This document shows positions 1 through 12,620 of a stretch of DNA of 64,000 nt, in pieces. Under the pieces are notes generated by a model that was not told the origin of the DNA, made no database searches, and saw only the letters and a program-made list of their open reading frames with translations. Each line of letters opens with the position of its first letter. Positions within the stretch are counted from its first letter, which is position 1. Origin of the DNA: Octopus vulgaris. Its lineage: Eukaryota. A program made the position numbers and the translations under genes. The stretch lies in assembly GCA_951406725.2 (NCBI GenBank), contig OX597815.1, positions 2,976,001 to 3,040,000 of the forward strand, written 5' to 3'.

Positions 1-806
1 AGCTTTGCCGTTATCAATTTGGCGGCGCCTTAGCACACTGGACGAAATGTTCTGCAGTATTTCGCCCATCGTTCCATTCTGAGTTCAAAATCCGCCGAGG
101 TTGACTTTGCCTTTCATCCTTTTGGGGTCGATAAATTAAGTACCAGTTACGTACTGGTACCCTTTACAGCTGGGTGCCCTTCCTAACACCAACCACATTG
201 CAGAGTGGACTGAGTGCTTTTTATGTAGCAATCGAATTCGATGACTGGCGTCCGTGCTAGCTGGGTGCAAAGGGCACCATACAAGTGTGATCGTTGCCAG
301 AGCGGATAACTGGCTTCCATGCCAGTGGCATGTAAAAGGCACCATTCGAGCGTGATCGTTACCAGCGTCGCCTTACTGGCACCTGTGCTGGTGGCATGTG
401 GGAAAGATTCGAGTGAGATTGTTGCCAGTACCGCCTGACTTGCCTTGTGCCTGTGGAACATAAAAGCATCCACTACACTTTCGGAGTGGTTGGCATTAGG
501 AAGGGCATCCAGCTGTAGAAACTCTGCCAAATCAAGATTGGAGCCTGGTGCGGCCGTCTGGTTCACCAGCCCTCAGTCATTCGTCCAACCCATGCTAGCA
601 TGGAAAGCGGACGTTAAACAATGATGATGACTTACACTGGCAAGGCCTGTTTTCCCATGGATTCTACAGCTGGATGCCCTTCCAGATGCCAACCACTTTA
701 CATTGTGGACCAGATGTTTTTTATGTGGCACCAGCACTGGCAGCATAAAGACAACTCCCTCACTTCTGTAGCCCTACTTAGGCAAGGGAGACCTTACTCT
801 TGCTGG

Positions 807-1173
807 TTGCTGTTGAGCGTAGTGGTCTTTGTCCAGTGGGAGAAGTCTGAAACATGGTCCTTTGCTATTCGTAAGACCCGTAGAAGAGAGAAAGCAGGTC
901 AACCCCTGACACCGAGAGCATCGACGGATGGATGAATGCGCATTCAGGCTCAGCGGTTGCATAGGAAGTCAGGTACAAGAAACAGGAAGAAAGAGTGAGA
1001 GAAAGTTGGGGCAAAAGAGTACAACAGGGGTCACCACCACCCCCTGCCAGAGCCTCGTGGAGCTTTAGGTGTTTTCACTCAATAAACACACACAACGCCC
1101 GGTCTGGGAATTGAAACCGCGATCCTCTGACCGTGAGTCCGCTGCCCTAACCACTGGACCATTGCGCCTCCAC
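807..1173 (-). mobile_element. tRNA-derived SINE, family B
   Basis: Head GGCGCAATGGTCCAGTGGTTAGGGCAGCGGACTC...GGTTTCAATTCCC. 12-bp TSD TACTCTTGCTGG at 795-806 and 1174-1185. Other copies at ~17793-18092(-), ~26503-26805(+), ~35340-35635(-), 36317-36629(-). Confidence 0.9.
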
Positions 1174-1383
1174 TACTCTTGCTGGCTGTTGCATGGTGCC
1201 CTAACCAATGCTGGTGCCAATCCACTCTGTAAAGGAATTGGTGTTTGGAAGGGCATCGAGCCATAGGAACCTGGGCAAAGATAAGCATTAGAAGACAATG
1301 TAGTCTTCAGACTTGTTGGATCCTGTCAAATTGTCAAATTCTTGCCAGAATGGAAAATGGACATTAAAAATGATCAAGGTGTT

Positions 1384-1415
<32 letters not shown>

Positions 1416-1499
1416 ATGCACTAATTAGTCTTCATATACAAAACCAATGTCAGTGCTAAATATGCTGTCTTCGAGATGTGTTCACATTAATGTGTGTAT

Positions 1500-1535
<36 letters not shown>

Positions 1536-3962
1536 TGCTGAAGCAATAACTCATCTCTAATGTAGACATGTAATTACCTCAAACTCATTCGTTAACTAAT
1601 TAGTGTCCAGTTCATGCTTGCCAGGGTAGAAACAAGCTTAGTTGACACCACTTCGACATCTTAATCCTCTTTTACTGGTGGAATTGGTGTGGGTGTGGAT
1701 TTATATGGGGTATATATGTGTGGGTATATGTTTGGCTGTATGTGTATGTGTGTTGATGTATGTGTGTTTATTTGTGTTGGTACGATGTATGGGTGGAATA
1801 TGTTTTTGTATGTGTTTGTGTATGTGTGGATATCATATATGGGTGTATGTGTGTTTCTGTATGTGTGTTGTATGGAATGTCTCCATCTAACCCTGTGTGT
1901 GGGTGTGTGTGTATGTGTGATGTGTTGGTTATCATCCTCAGACCTCTCCAGACTCAGTACACCAATCATTAAAACAATCTCACCATGACCATCTTGTTGG
2001 TTTAAAAGATTCCTAGACTGTAAATATTTTGCCTCATCTTAAAGATAACGGGATGGGTTTTGAGGGATATGTGGCTGCTGTTTCTAGCAGGTTGAGGGAT
2101 AACCTACAAGCTCCTTCATTCGCTCATGTGTGAGTTGGGGTATGTTTAAGATAAGTGACAGAACAGGTGTATATGGGTGAGCAGTTAGGGTGGGCAAAAA
2201 TTTCTGTATTTGAATACAGACACATGCGTGTGTGAACGTCTGCATTGAATAACAAATATATACGTGTACATCATATGTGCAGAGGCAGACACATGTGCAT
2301 CACATGTACACACATATATACATATGCATGTGTATGTGTGTATGTCATCATCATCCTTGTCCTTTAATGTCCGCTTTCCATGCTGGCATGGGTCGGATGG
2401 TTCAACTGAAAACTGGGATGCCAGGAGGTTGCACCAGGCTCCAGTCTGATCTGGCAGTGTTTCTACAGCTGGATGCCCTTCCTAATGCCAACCACTCCAA
2501 GAGTGTAGTAGATGCTTTTTACATGCCACCAGCATGGGGGCCAGTCAGGCGGCACTGGCATCAGCCAAATTTAAGTGGAGCTTTTTACGTGCTGCTGGCA
2601 CAGGTGCCAGTCAGGTGGCACTGGCATTGACCATGCTTGAATGGTGCTTTTTATATGCAACCGTATATATGTATGTGTGTGTGTGTGTTTTAATGTCTAC
2701 CTCCTTTTCTGGCACGTTAGGTGTTGGCAATACATACATCATCACCATCATCATTATCATGATTCAACACCTGTTCAACCGATGCTGGCTTGGGTTGAAT
2801 GGTTTGACAAGGAGCTAGCAAGCCAAAGAGCTGTGCCACCAGGTACCAGTTATTTGTATTGGCGTGGATCCTGTGGCTGGATGCCCTTGTTAATGCCAAC
2901 CACTTTACAGGGTGTACCAGGTGCTTTTTACATGATGACAGCACAAATGTTGTACTATGTATATCATCATCATCATCGTTTAACGTCTGCTTTCCATGCT
3001 GGCATGGGTTGGACAGTTTGACTGGCGACTGGCAAGCCAGGAGGCCACCCCAGGGTCCAATCTGATCTGGCAATGTTTCTACAGCTGGATGCCCTTCCTA
3101 ACACCAGCCACTCCAAGTGTGTTGTGTGTGCTTTTTACTTGCCACCAGCATGGCAGCCACTCAGGTGGCACTGGTATCAGCCACGTTCAGATGGTGCTTT
3201 GTATGGTGCTTTAGGGTGGTGGGGTAGGAGCTAGCATCAACCACATATATATATATATATATGTATGTATGTATACCTGGTGCAGCCTCCTGGCTTGCCA
3301 GTCCTCAGTCAAATCGTCCAACCCATACCAGCAGGGAAAGCAGACGGCAAATGATGATGATGATGATACACATACATAAACACACATACACCACTGATAG
3401 TTTTGTATACAGATACATATAGATGTTCACACACACACCATTCCTCATATACGAGTGACTGGACTATGTTAGCAATCCCACAACAAACACTTCTCTCCAG
3501 ACCGTGGTTTTCCACTCCAGGACCAGGAATATTTGCATTTCTGGTCAATTGATGACCCTCTACAAAGTTTAACTATGCCCTTCAATGAAATACTGATGAC
3601 AACAATGATGATGATTTAAAAAATAAACCTCCTTAAAATGCACTAAAGATGCTGGGTCACATCCGATGCACCTCATTTCCAGCTGTGCATATTCAGGCAA
3701 AAAAGTATTTCAGTGTATCAAAACATGAAATGTAGGCCCAAATTTGCATGGAGCAAGAGAGGTGAGGGGGTTTGTTATTGTCTTTTTTGTGGAGTGGAGG
3801 GGTTGGCGAATGTCTTATATGCCATCCAATTTAGTGGTTGTGGGTGAGTATTTGGAGAGAAGCTATTGAAACCCAGTTTAGCTGGGCCCCTGGGCGAATA
3901 TTTGCAGCAATACAATAAGGTTTTGCATTGTCGAATTTTTACTACCATCATACCCCACAACA

Positions 3963-4180
3963 GCTCTCTCTCTCACTATTTGTCAGCTCTGTCTGTCTGT
4001 CTCTCTCTGTCTCTATCTCTGTCTGTCTGTCTCTCTCCCTGTCTGTCTCTTTCTATCTCTCTCTCTCTCCCTGTCTGTCTCTTTCTATCTCTCTCTCTTT
4101 CTCTTTCTCTCTCTCTCTCTCTCTCCCTGTCTGTCTCTCTCTATCTGTCTGTCTGTCTGTCTCTCTCTGTCTCTCTCTCT
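3963..4180. repeat. (TC)n/(TCTG)n microsatellite
   Basis: Directly visible. Confidence 0.95.
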
Positions 4181-4539
4181 CCACCAAACTACAAAGGTCA
4201 CTAAATTCTCCCTTATTTCTTCACTGAATCCCCGCAAAGGTCACTGAATTCATTTCACTCTGTTGAATGTAAAACTTTATATTTTGTTTTGTTTTTTCTT
4301 CCCCAAAAACATAAAACAAAATGTAAAACATATTTCTTATTGTATTGTGTCTCTTTTTCTTTTTTTCTTTTTGATCTTTCCTTTTCCCCCTTAATTTTTT
4401 TTCTTACTATTTTTTGCTCCCATCTTCTTTGTCTCGGCTCTGATTTTCCTTGTCATTCTTCAATTTCTCCTCCATTTTGAGGCAGATTTTCTACACCAGG
4501 ATGCTTTTCCTGTCATCAACCCTTACCTGTTTCCAAGCC

Positions 4540-5006
4540 CTTCTCTAACTTGAGTCAAAGAGGTCTATATAACGTTCTTGGTTTGTAAAAATGTATATAG
4601 TAACGTCCTTTATTATTATTGTATATATAACATAATGCAAACGTGTAGCTTTTTTGTGCATTTTGTTGGCAGAAAATAAAGAAATAACAGTAATAACATT
4701 TAATAAATGTTGCTTACTGCAAGTTATGGATGATTCTTTTATGACTTCATTGCTTTCAGGCTTAGCTTTTCACCGAAAATTTTGCCCCAAAATTTTTCGA
4801 AAATTTTCACCGAAAATTTTACCCAAAAAGGTATTTTCGCGCCCGACATCACAAAATGTGTCTGAGTAAACATTGCCGGACAGCAATAGAGACTTGGACA
4901 TTGCTTAGAAAATAATTTTCATTTTTAACCTTGTATATAGTACGCACTAGGGGTTTTGACCTTTAAATTTTGGGAAAAAATGCGGATTATTCTCGAGGAT
5001 TTACGG
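4540..5006 (-). mobile_element. Partial copy of a pogo/Tigger-like MITE, containing a 59-bp satellite insertion
   Basis: Reverse complement of the element at 51166-52084. Ends GGATTATTCTCGAGGATTTACGG followed by TA. Confidence 0.85.
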
Positions 5007-5170
5007 TAATTGTTTATATTTCGAATGACACTGTAAGGTCGGTGTGAGAGATCAGATCAGATCTGATCAGTTTGGACATAAAGCAGAATATTTTAGCTGG
5101 ATATAGCCAGTTTAAATGCTAAAGGCTTAATTATCATCAGTAAGGCTTCTATGAAGGCATTTCCATAGAA

Positions 5171-5280
5171 GACTCACCCTCCCATGTGACTCACCCTCCC
5201 ATGTGACTCACCCTTCCATGTGACTCACCCTCTCATGTGACTCACCCTCCCATGTGACTCACCCTCCCATATGACTCACC
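5171..5280. repeat. 17-bp minisatellite (GACTCACCCTCCCATGT) x6.5
   Basis: Units start at 5171, 5188, 5205, 5222, 5239, 5256 and 5273. Confidence 0.95.
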
Positions 5281-6329
5281 AGTGGTTTTTCACCCATTTA
5301 GTGAAAGCAAGGTTTTTGTCCTTCATGTCCTTCTTCTGTGTCGCATATTTGAATCTCCTCTCAAAACTGTCCACCTCTGGCCTCCATCCATCTCTCATCT
5401 CTTGAAACACCAGCTTCCTATCAGACCAAAAAAAAAACACAGCTTGTACATATGGACCCCTTTTCTGTCTTTCATTCCATCCATTTTGCTGTACCCCAGA
5501 GTTTGGTCTTCTCTCCATCTCTCCTTCTTCACATCAAAGACCCACTTACTGCCGCTCTTGTACAGATGCTACCATTCTTCATTCTTCCCTAATCTTTCAC
5601 TCCTAAAGGCTATCCAAACACCTCATACTCTGCACTTATTCCATTGATGCCAACCTCTTTGAGCATCAGCCTACAGGCTCACCTCAATCTTGGTTCTTTT
5701 TCAAGTGGGGTGGGGGGACAAAACAAGCACTGCTTATATCAAAATTTTCATAATTCTTTGTGCCACACCCCTCCACCCTTTTAAATTGTGCAGCCCTCAT
5801 CTAGGGCCCCTCTCCTCCACCTCATCTATTACTGAGAGTGTAACTACAATCATCACCACAATAACTGTTATCTCCAACGATCATTATAACATCTTGTGTC
5901 ACCACCACACTGACCACTTGACCACCACCAACAACAACAATAACCACTATTATCAATATCTTGCTATTTTCTTTCTGGGTTTGGTCGAAAGGTTTTAATA
6001 AATATATCAGATGAAGTGACTGGGACACAACTACAGAGAACACACACACACATTCATATATACACTTACACATAGACATATGTATGGACGTGTGTGTGTG
6101 TGTATATGTGTATATATTTAAGAAATGTTAATATATATTATAAGTGTGTATGAATATGTGTGTACATATATGTATATATATAAATACATATATATATATA
6201 TATGAATACAAATTGAGATATGGGTTGTAAATGCAACCCTCTATGGGATAACATATATCCAATATACTGCTAGTGAAGTACCCAACAAAGTTAATACATA
6301 AATGTTACTGATTGCGATGCAATCAATTC

Positions 6330-6750
6330 ATTTACTGATAAAATGATTTACCACAAATTACTAATACAAGATAAGAAAATGGAGAAATACATCTAAATCA
6401 AATATCAATTACCAGATAATACTCAATTACATACTTTATTAAACCACCACATAAGATACTGTAGGGTTAGATATAAAAAGCAGAACAAATCAGTGTACAT
6501 AAAGGAATGTACATAAAAAAGTGTACATAAAAGAGTAATGTTGTATAATAAGTAGAATATATATAAAAGAGAATATAAATACAAGTAAATATAAATATAA
6601 GTATAAATTAGATCTTACAGCTGTTTCGGCCATGTCGATAAGTATGTCTCATTTTACCAATATTAGCCCTTTATGGTAGGTCAATATATAGATATAAATG
6701 AGACATTTACAAAAATATCATAAGGCCTCTTCGGAGAATATGTAATATAA
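6330..6750 (-). mobile_element. Penelope-like terminal-repeat relic with a variant hammerhead (6613-6737)
   Basis: Minus strand reads TCT-CCGAAGA-GGCC...GGCC-GAAA-CAGCTG-TA^AGA. Core has one substitution (CCGA for CTGA). Stem II has an internal ATGTCTCATTT/AAATGAGACAT hairpin. AATAAA lies downstream. Confidence 0.55.
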
Positions 6751-7134
6751 CTCAGTCTACATATATACCCACATATGTATATTTTTATATGTATAGGAGT
6801 GTGAGTATATGCACTCATATGTATATATATATGTTGTATTGTGGGTACGCACCCACACCCATGTATATATGAATGTGTGTGTGTGTGTGTGTGTTCTCTG
6901 TAGTTGTGTCCCAGTCACTTCATATATATGTATATATGTAGGTGTGTATATGCTTGTGTGTCTGTGTTTGTCGCCCCCTGACAACATCACTTGACAACCG
7001 ATGCTGGTGTGTTTACGTCCCCGTAACTTAGTGGTTTGGCAAAATAGACCGATAGAATAAGCCTGGGGGGTCGATTTGTTCGATTAAAGGCGGTGCCCCG
7101 GCATGGCAGCTGTTAAGTGATTGAAACAAGTAAA

Positions 7135-7181
<47 letters not shown>

Positions 7182-8149
7182 TCAAATGTGTATGAATGCA
7201 TATGTACATAGTGACAGAAACATCCCCTCACATACACACACAAAACTATATACATAAGCACACACACACACACACATATGTCTATAGATACACCCACACA
7301 CATGCCTGTCTGTTCACCCCCACCCGCCTATGTGTGTGTGTGTGTGGGTGGGTGTATAAGAGTGAGGCAATAGCATAATGGCAACGCCATGCTTGGTTTT
7401 TTTTTTTTTTGCCTTCATTCTCCACATGGAAAGCTTTCCAGTCTACTGTAGGTGCTATTGTATGCATGTGCATGTGGGTGCATGTGGCTATGTGTGTGTG
7501 TGTGTGTATTATTGTGCCAATGCATGTTTGCGTGTTTGCGTGTGTGTGTGTGTGTGCATGAATGGATCTGTGTGTGACGATTGCAAGGCACGGTGGCAGC
7601 GTCGTAAGATGCTGGCCGCAAGCTGATTGAGGAGAGGGTGTGCATGCTTTGCATGCAAATGTGCAAATGATTGCACGACTGACAGGGAGGGAGGGTGGGT
7701 GGGGGTGGAGAAGAGGAAGGAATGAGGTGGGGAGGCAGAAGAGGTGGCCAGGGAGTGTGTATAATGTCATGGTGAGTGTGTATAATCATCATCATCATCA
7801 TCATTGTCATCATCGTCGAAATGGAATATGATAATCCATTTAGCATATTTTAAAAGAATGCATTGATTGTGACACTTAAGCCATTGATTGGTCATTGTTG
7901 TGGGCAATGGATTCTGGCCACCACTGCTACGAATATTAAGGACTGAATATAATGGCTGATCATAGAAGATTAGCTTTATATGGTTGATGATAATGAATCC
8001 AGAAGGAAGACTCCTGCGTATATATATTAACATGCCACACCAACATCTCTTTCACTTATGAGTGTGTCTATGTATGTATATATAAGTTCAGCAAAAATTT
8101 AGATTCAGAATTTTGTATGGTATTATCCATATAAATCAAATGGGGTGAT

Positions 8150-8345
8150 TATAATCAAAATAAGCAACTAGGATATCCAAGGTAGAGTAGTACAATCGTT
8201 TCATGCTACTTCATTTAATTAAACAATGTAAGTATTACATCAGTTTTAAAACTGATGTAATACTTACATTGTTTAATTAAATGAAGTAGCATGAAACGAT
8301 TGTACTACTCTACCTTGGATATCCTTGTTGCTTATTTTGATTATA
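8150..8345. repeat. 196-bp spacer-less palindrome
   Basis: 98-bp arms centred on TTTT|AAAA (8247/8248). One mismatch seen (CAACTAGGAT vs ATCCTTGTTG). Confidence 0.95.
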
Positions 8346-8375
8346 TGTGTGTATGTGTGTGTACATATACATATA

Positions 8376-8748
8376 CGAGGGTGAGTCAAAAAGTAATGCC
8401 ATTTTGTTTAGGACAGGTATAATTACCAACACAGGAACATGTATCATACATCAAAATGAAGCTGGTCCTCTGTGGATCACATTCCTACTTCTCAACCTAG
8501 TCACCGTTTCTCTCAAAATTTTCACCGAAAATTTTACCCAGTGAAACAGTCAACAGAATTTTACGGGGCAGGGACACATGCTCTCATTCGAAGGTGGAAC
8601 ATTGCTATTGAGAGAAACGGTGACTATGTTGAGAAGTAGGGATGTGATCCACAGAGGACCAGCTTCATTTTGATGTATGATACATGTTCCTGTGTTGGTA
8701 ATTATACCTGTCCAAAACAAAATGGCATTACCTTCTGACTCACCCTCA
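8376..8748 (+). mobile_element. Mariner-derived fold-back MITE made from the transposase 3' end
   Basis: 141-bp inverted arms (8376-8516, 8608-8748) starting CGAGGGTGAGTCA, flanked by TA. The right half encodes KQSTEFYGAGTHALIRRWNIAIERNGDYVEK*, a typical mariner transposase C-terminus. Confidence 0.88.
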
Positions 8749-8967
8749 TATATATATATATACATCAGAGTAAGCACATAAAGGTGAAACAAGGTGAAAA
8801 AAATGGTACTCGACTACTCAAGGTAGTGTTATATATTTCATTATTAAAGCTACAAAAACATAAAAAACTTTTACTCAGTTTCACATTCCTCGGCCAACAA
8901 ACGGGTTTGTGAAACTCTCAATAACTTTTTTTTTGTGATGCAGCTTTAATAATAAAGTATGTATAAG

Positions 8968-8998
<31 letters not shown>

Positions 8999-9347
8999 AC
9001 ACATGGACATACATATTCACATACCACACCAATACCTCTCTCACTTATGTGTGTGTGTATCATCATCGCTAAGCATCCGCTTTCCATGCTGGCATGGGTT
9101 GGACGGTTTGACTAGGGACTGGCAAGCCAGGCTCCAATCTGATCTGGCAATGTTTCTACAGCTGGATGCTCTTCCTAAGTCCAACCACTCCGTGAGTCTA
9201 GTGGGTGCTTTTTACATGCCACCGGTACAGGAGACAGTCAGGTGGCACTGGCATCGGTGTATGTATACAAAAAAAACTTGACTTCATTGGTCATGAATGA
9301 CCATGGGTGCACCCAACAGGTTCACCTCACCAGCGAACGCACAACCT

Positions 9348-11330
9348 AAAATTTTTCAAAAATTTTCACCGAAAATTTTCGATCAAAAATTTTACCAAAA
9401 AATTTTCGAAAATTTTCACCGAAAATTTTACTCAAAAATTTTTCGAAAATTTTCACCGAAAATTTTACCCAAAAATTTTTCGAAAATTTTCACCGAAAAT
9501 TTTACCCAAAAATTTTACCAAAAAATTTTCACCGAAAATTTTACTCAAAAATTTTACCAAAAAATTTTCGAAAATTTTCACCGAAAATTTTACACAAAAA
9601 TTTTTCGAAAATTCTCACCGAAAATTTTCACCGAAAATTTTACCCAAAAATTTTTCCAAAATTCTCACCGAAAATTTTACCCAAAAATTTTTCGAAAATT
9701 CTCACCGAAAATCTTACCCAAAAATTTGTCCAAAATTTTCACCGAAAATTTTACCCAAAAATTTTTCGAAAATTCTCACCGAAAATTTTACCCAAAAATT
9801 TTTCGAAAATTTTACCCAAAAATTTTTCGAAAATTCTCACCGAAAATTTTACCCAAAAATTTTTCGAAAATTTTCACCGAAAATTTTACCCAAAAATTTT
9901 TCGAAAATTTTCACCGAAAATTTTACCCAAAAATTTTACCCAAAAATTTTTCGAAAATTTTCACCGAAAATTTTACCCAAAAATTTTTCAAAAATTTTCA
10001 CCGAAAAGTTTTCGATCAAAAATTTTACCAAAAAATTTTCGAAAATTTTCACCGAAAATTTTACTCAAAAATTTTTTCGAAAATTTTCACCGAAAATTTT
10101 ACCCAAAAATTTTTCGAAAATTTTCACTGAAAATTTTACCCAAAAATTTTACCAAAAATTTTCACCGAAAATTTTACTCAAAAATTTTACCAAAAAAATT
10201 TTCACCGAAAATTTTACCCAAAAATTTTTCCAAAATTTTCACCGAAAATTTTACACAAAAATTTTCCGAAAATTTTCACCGAAAATTTTACCCAAAAATT
10301 TTTCCAAAATTTTCACCGAAAATTTTACCCAAAAATTTTTCGAAAAATTCTCACCGAAAATCTTACCCAAAAATTTTTCCAAAATTTCACCGAAAATTTT
10401 ACCCAAAAATTTTTCCAAAATTCTCACCGAAAATTTTACCCAAAAATTTTTCGAAATTTTTCACCGAAAATTTTACTCAAAAATTTTTCGAAAATTTTAC
10501 CCAAAAATTTTTCGAAAATTTTACCCAAAAATTTTTTGGAAAATTTTCACCGAAAATTTTACCCAAAAATTTTTCGAAAATTTTCACGGAAAATTTTACC
10601 CAAAAATTTTTCGAAAATTTTCACCGAAAATTTTACCCAAAAACTTTCCAAAAATTTTTCGAAAATTTTACCCATAAATTTTTCCAAAATTTTCACCGAA
10701 AATTTTACCCAAAATTTTTTCGAAAATTTTCACCGAAAATTTTACACAAAAATTTTCGAAAATTTCACCGAAAATTTTCACCGAAAATTTTACCCAAAAA
10801 TTTTTCCAAAATTCTCATCGAAAATTTTACCCAAAAATTTTTCCAAAATTCTCACCGAAAATTTTACCCAAAAATTTTTCCAAAATTCTCACCGAAAATT
10901 TTACCCAAAAATTTTTCGAAAATTCTCACCGAAAATCTTACCCAAAAATTTTTCCAAAATTTTCACCGAAAATTTTACCCAAAAATTTTTCGAAAATTCT
11001 CACCGAAAATTTTACCCAAAAATTTTTCGAAAATTTTACCCAAAAATTTTTCGAAAATTTTCACCGAAAATTTTAACCAAAAATTTTTCGAAAATTTTCA
11101 CCGAAAATTTTACTCAAAAATTTTTCGAAAATTTTACCCAAAAATTTTTCGAAAATTTTCACTGAAAATTTTACCCAAAAATTTTTCGAAAATTTTCACC
11201 GAAAATTTTACCCAAAAATTATTCGAAAATTTTCACCGAAAATTTTACCCAAAAATTATTCGAAAATTTTCACCAAAAATTTTTGGAAAATTTTCACCGA
11301 AAATTTTACCCAAAAATTTTTTTCGAAAAT
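9348..11330. repeat. ~2-kb satellite array, 37-bp unit AAAATTTTCACCG-AAAATTTTACCC-AAAAATTTTTCG
   Basis: Directly visible tandem array of three 12-13 bp sub-units, each built on an A4T4 palindrome, with frequent sub-unit loss or duplication. Confidence 0.97.
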
Positions 11331-12239
11331 ACCTGATTATGCTTCCACACATTTAAATGTGTGTGTATATGTCTATCTGCACACATATATGTTTAAGATA
11401 TTTTGCAAATTGTCCTTGATACAGTCACAATATTTAAAGACTGCATTAAAATAATGAAAGAAATATTTAGTGACGGAATGAGAATTGGTCGATGAGTAAA
11501 AGACAGAAAGGAGAATTAGATGCAACATAGGGTTGCAGGTAGGGTGCCAAGAGCACCATCCGATCGTGATCATTGCCAGAGTGGCCAACTGGCTTCTGTG
11601 CCAGTGGCTCGTAAAAGGGCACCATTTGAGTATGATCGTTACCAACATCGCCTTACTGGCACCTGTGCAGGTGGCACGTAAAAAGCACCCACTACACTCT
11701 CGGAGTGGTTGGCATTAGGAAGGGCATCAAGCTGTAGAAACTCTGCCAGATTTGACTGGGCCTGATGAAGCCTTCTGGCTTCACAGACCCCAGTAGAACC
11801 GTCCAACCCATGCTAGCATGGAAAACGGACGCTAAACGATGATGATGATGATGATGATGATGATATATGCATATATACACACATACATACATACGTCATC
11901 TTTTCTGTGTTACTATCGATTTCACTGCTCTGTTATTGGTTTGTCTTTTGTCTTTCTCTCATAACAATTGGCAATAACATGATAGCACTAATGAGAGAGA
12001 GAGAGAGAAAGACAGATAGGAAGAGAGAGAGAGAGAGTTGATCAGCTGGCATTGGTAGTGTGTTACATAGCTGAGAGGCTTCGGTGATCAAGGCAGCACG
12101 ATCACTTATGGATGGCTGTGGACGATGGTGCCTGAGCATCTGTGTGTGTGTGTTTGGTTTTATGTACACACAAGGTCTCAGTTGCAGAGTGTACACAGAT
12201 AGTCACATGAGTGCAAAGGATGAGGCATACATACTGAAG

Positions 12240-12246
12240 TGCACAA

Positions 12247-12282
<36 letters not shown>

Positions 12283-12620
12283 CCACACAAACACACCACC
12301 ATACACACACACACACAACTGCATCCTCACACATAACCACACACACACACACACACACAACCACACAAACACACCACCATACACACACATAACCACACAC
12401 ACACACACGCACAACCGCACCCACACACACGCAACCACACTCACACACCACCATACACACACACACAACCACACACATCACACACACATCACACACACAA
12501 CCACACATCACACACACACACAACCGCACACACACATCACACACACAACCATACACACACACACAACCACACACTCACAACTATTCTCTCTCTCTCAAAT
12601 GCACACACACAACACACACA
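12240..12620. repeat. Compound (CA)n microsatellite
   Basis: Directly visible. Confidence 0.95.

Noticed and set aside
5290-5690. Purine-rich minus-strand segment resembling a decayed LINE
   Set aside because: Too degenerate to assign a family from sequence alone.
8252-8310. Hammerhead in the 196-bp palindrome (CTGATGT...GAAACGATTGTA)
   Set aside because: Core is not CTGANGA and no stem I can form.
9297-11165. Long ORFs of 277, 456 and 209 aa
   Set aside because: They are translations of the 37-bp satellite, whose + strand unit lacks stop codons in all frames. No domain content.
9348-11330. CRISPR-like array
   Set aside because: No unique spacers, eukaryotic context, no cas genes.
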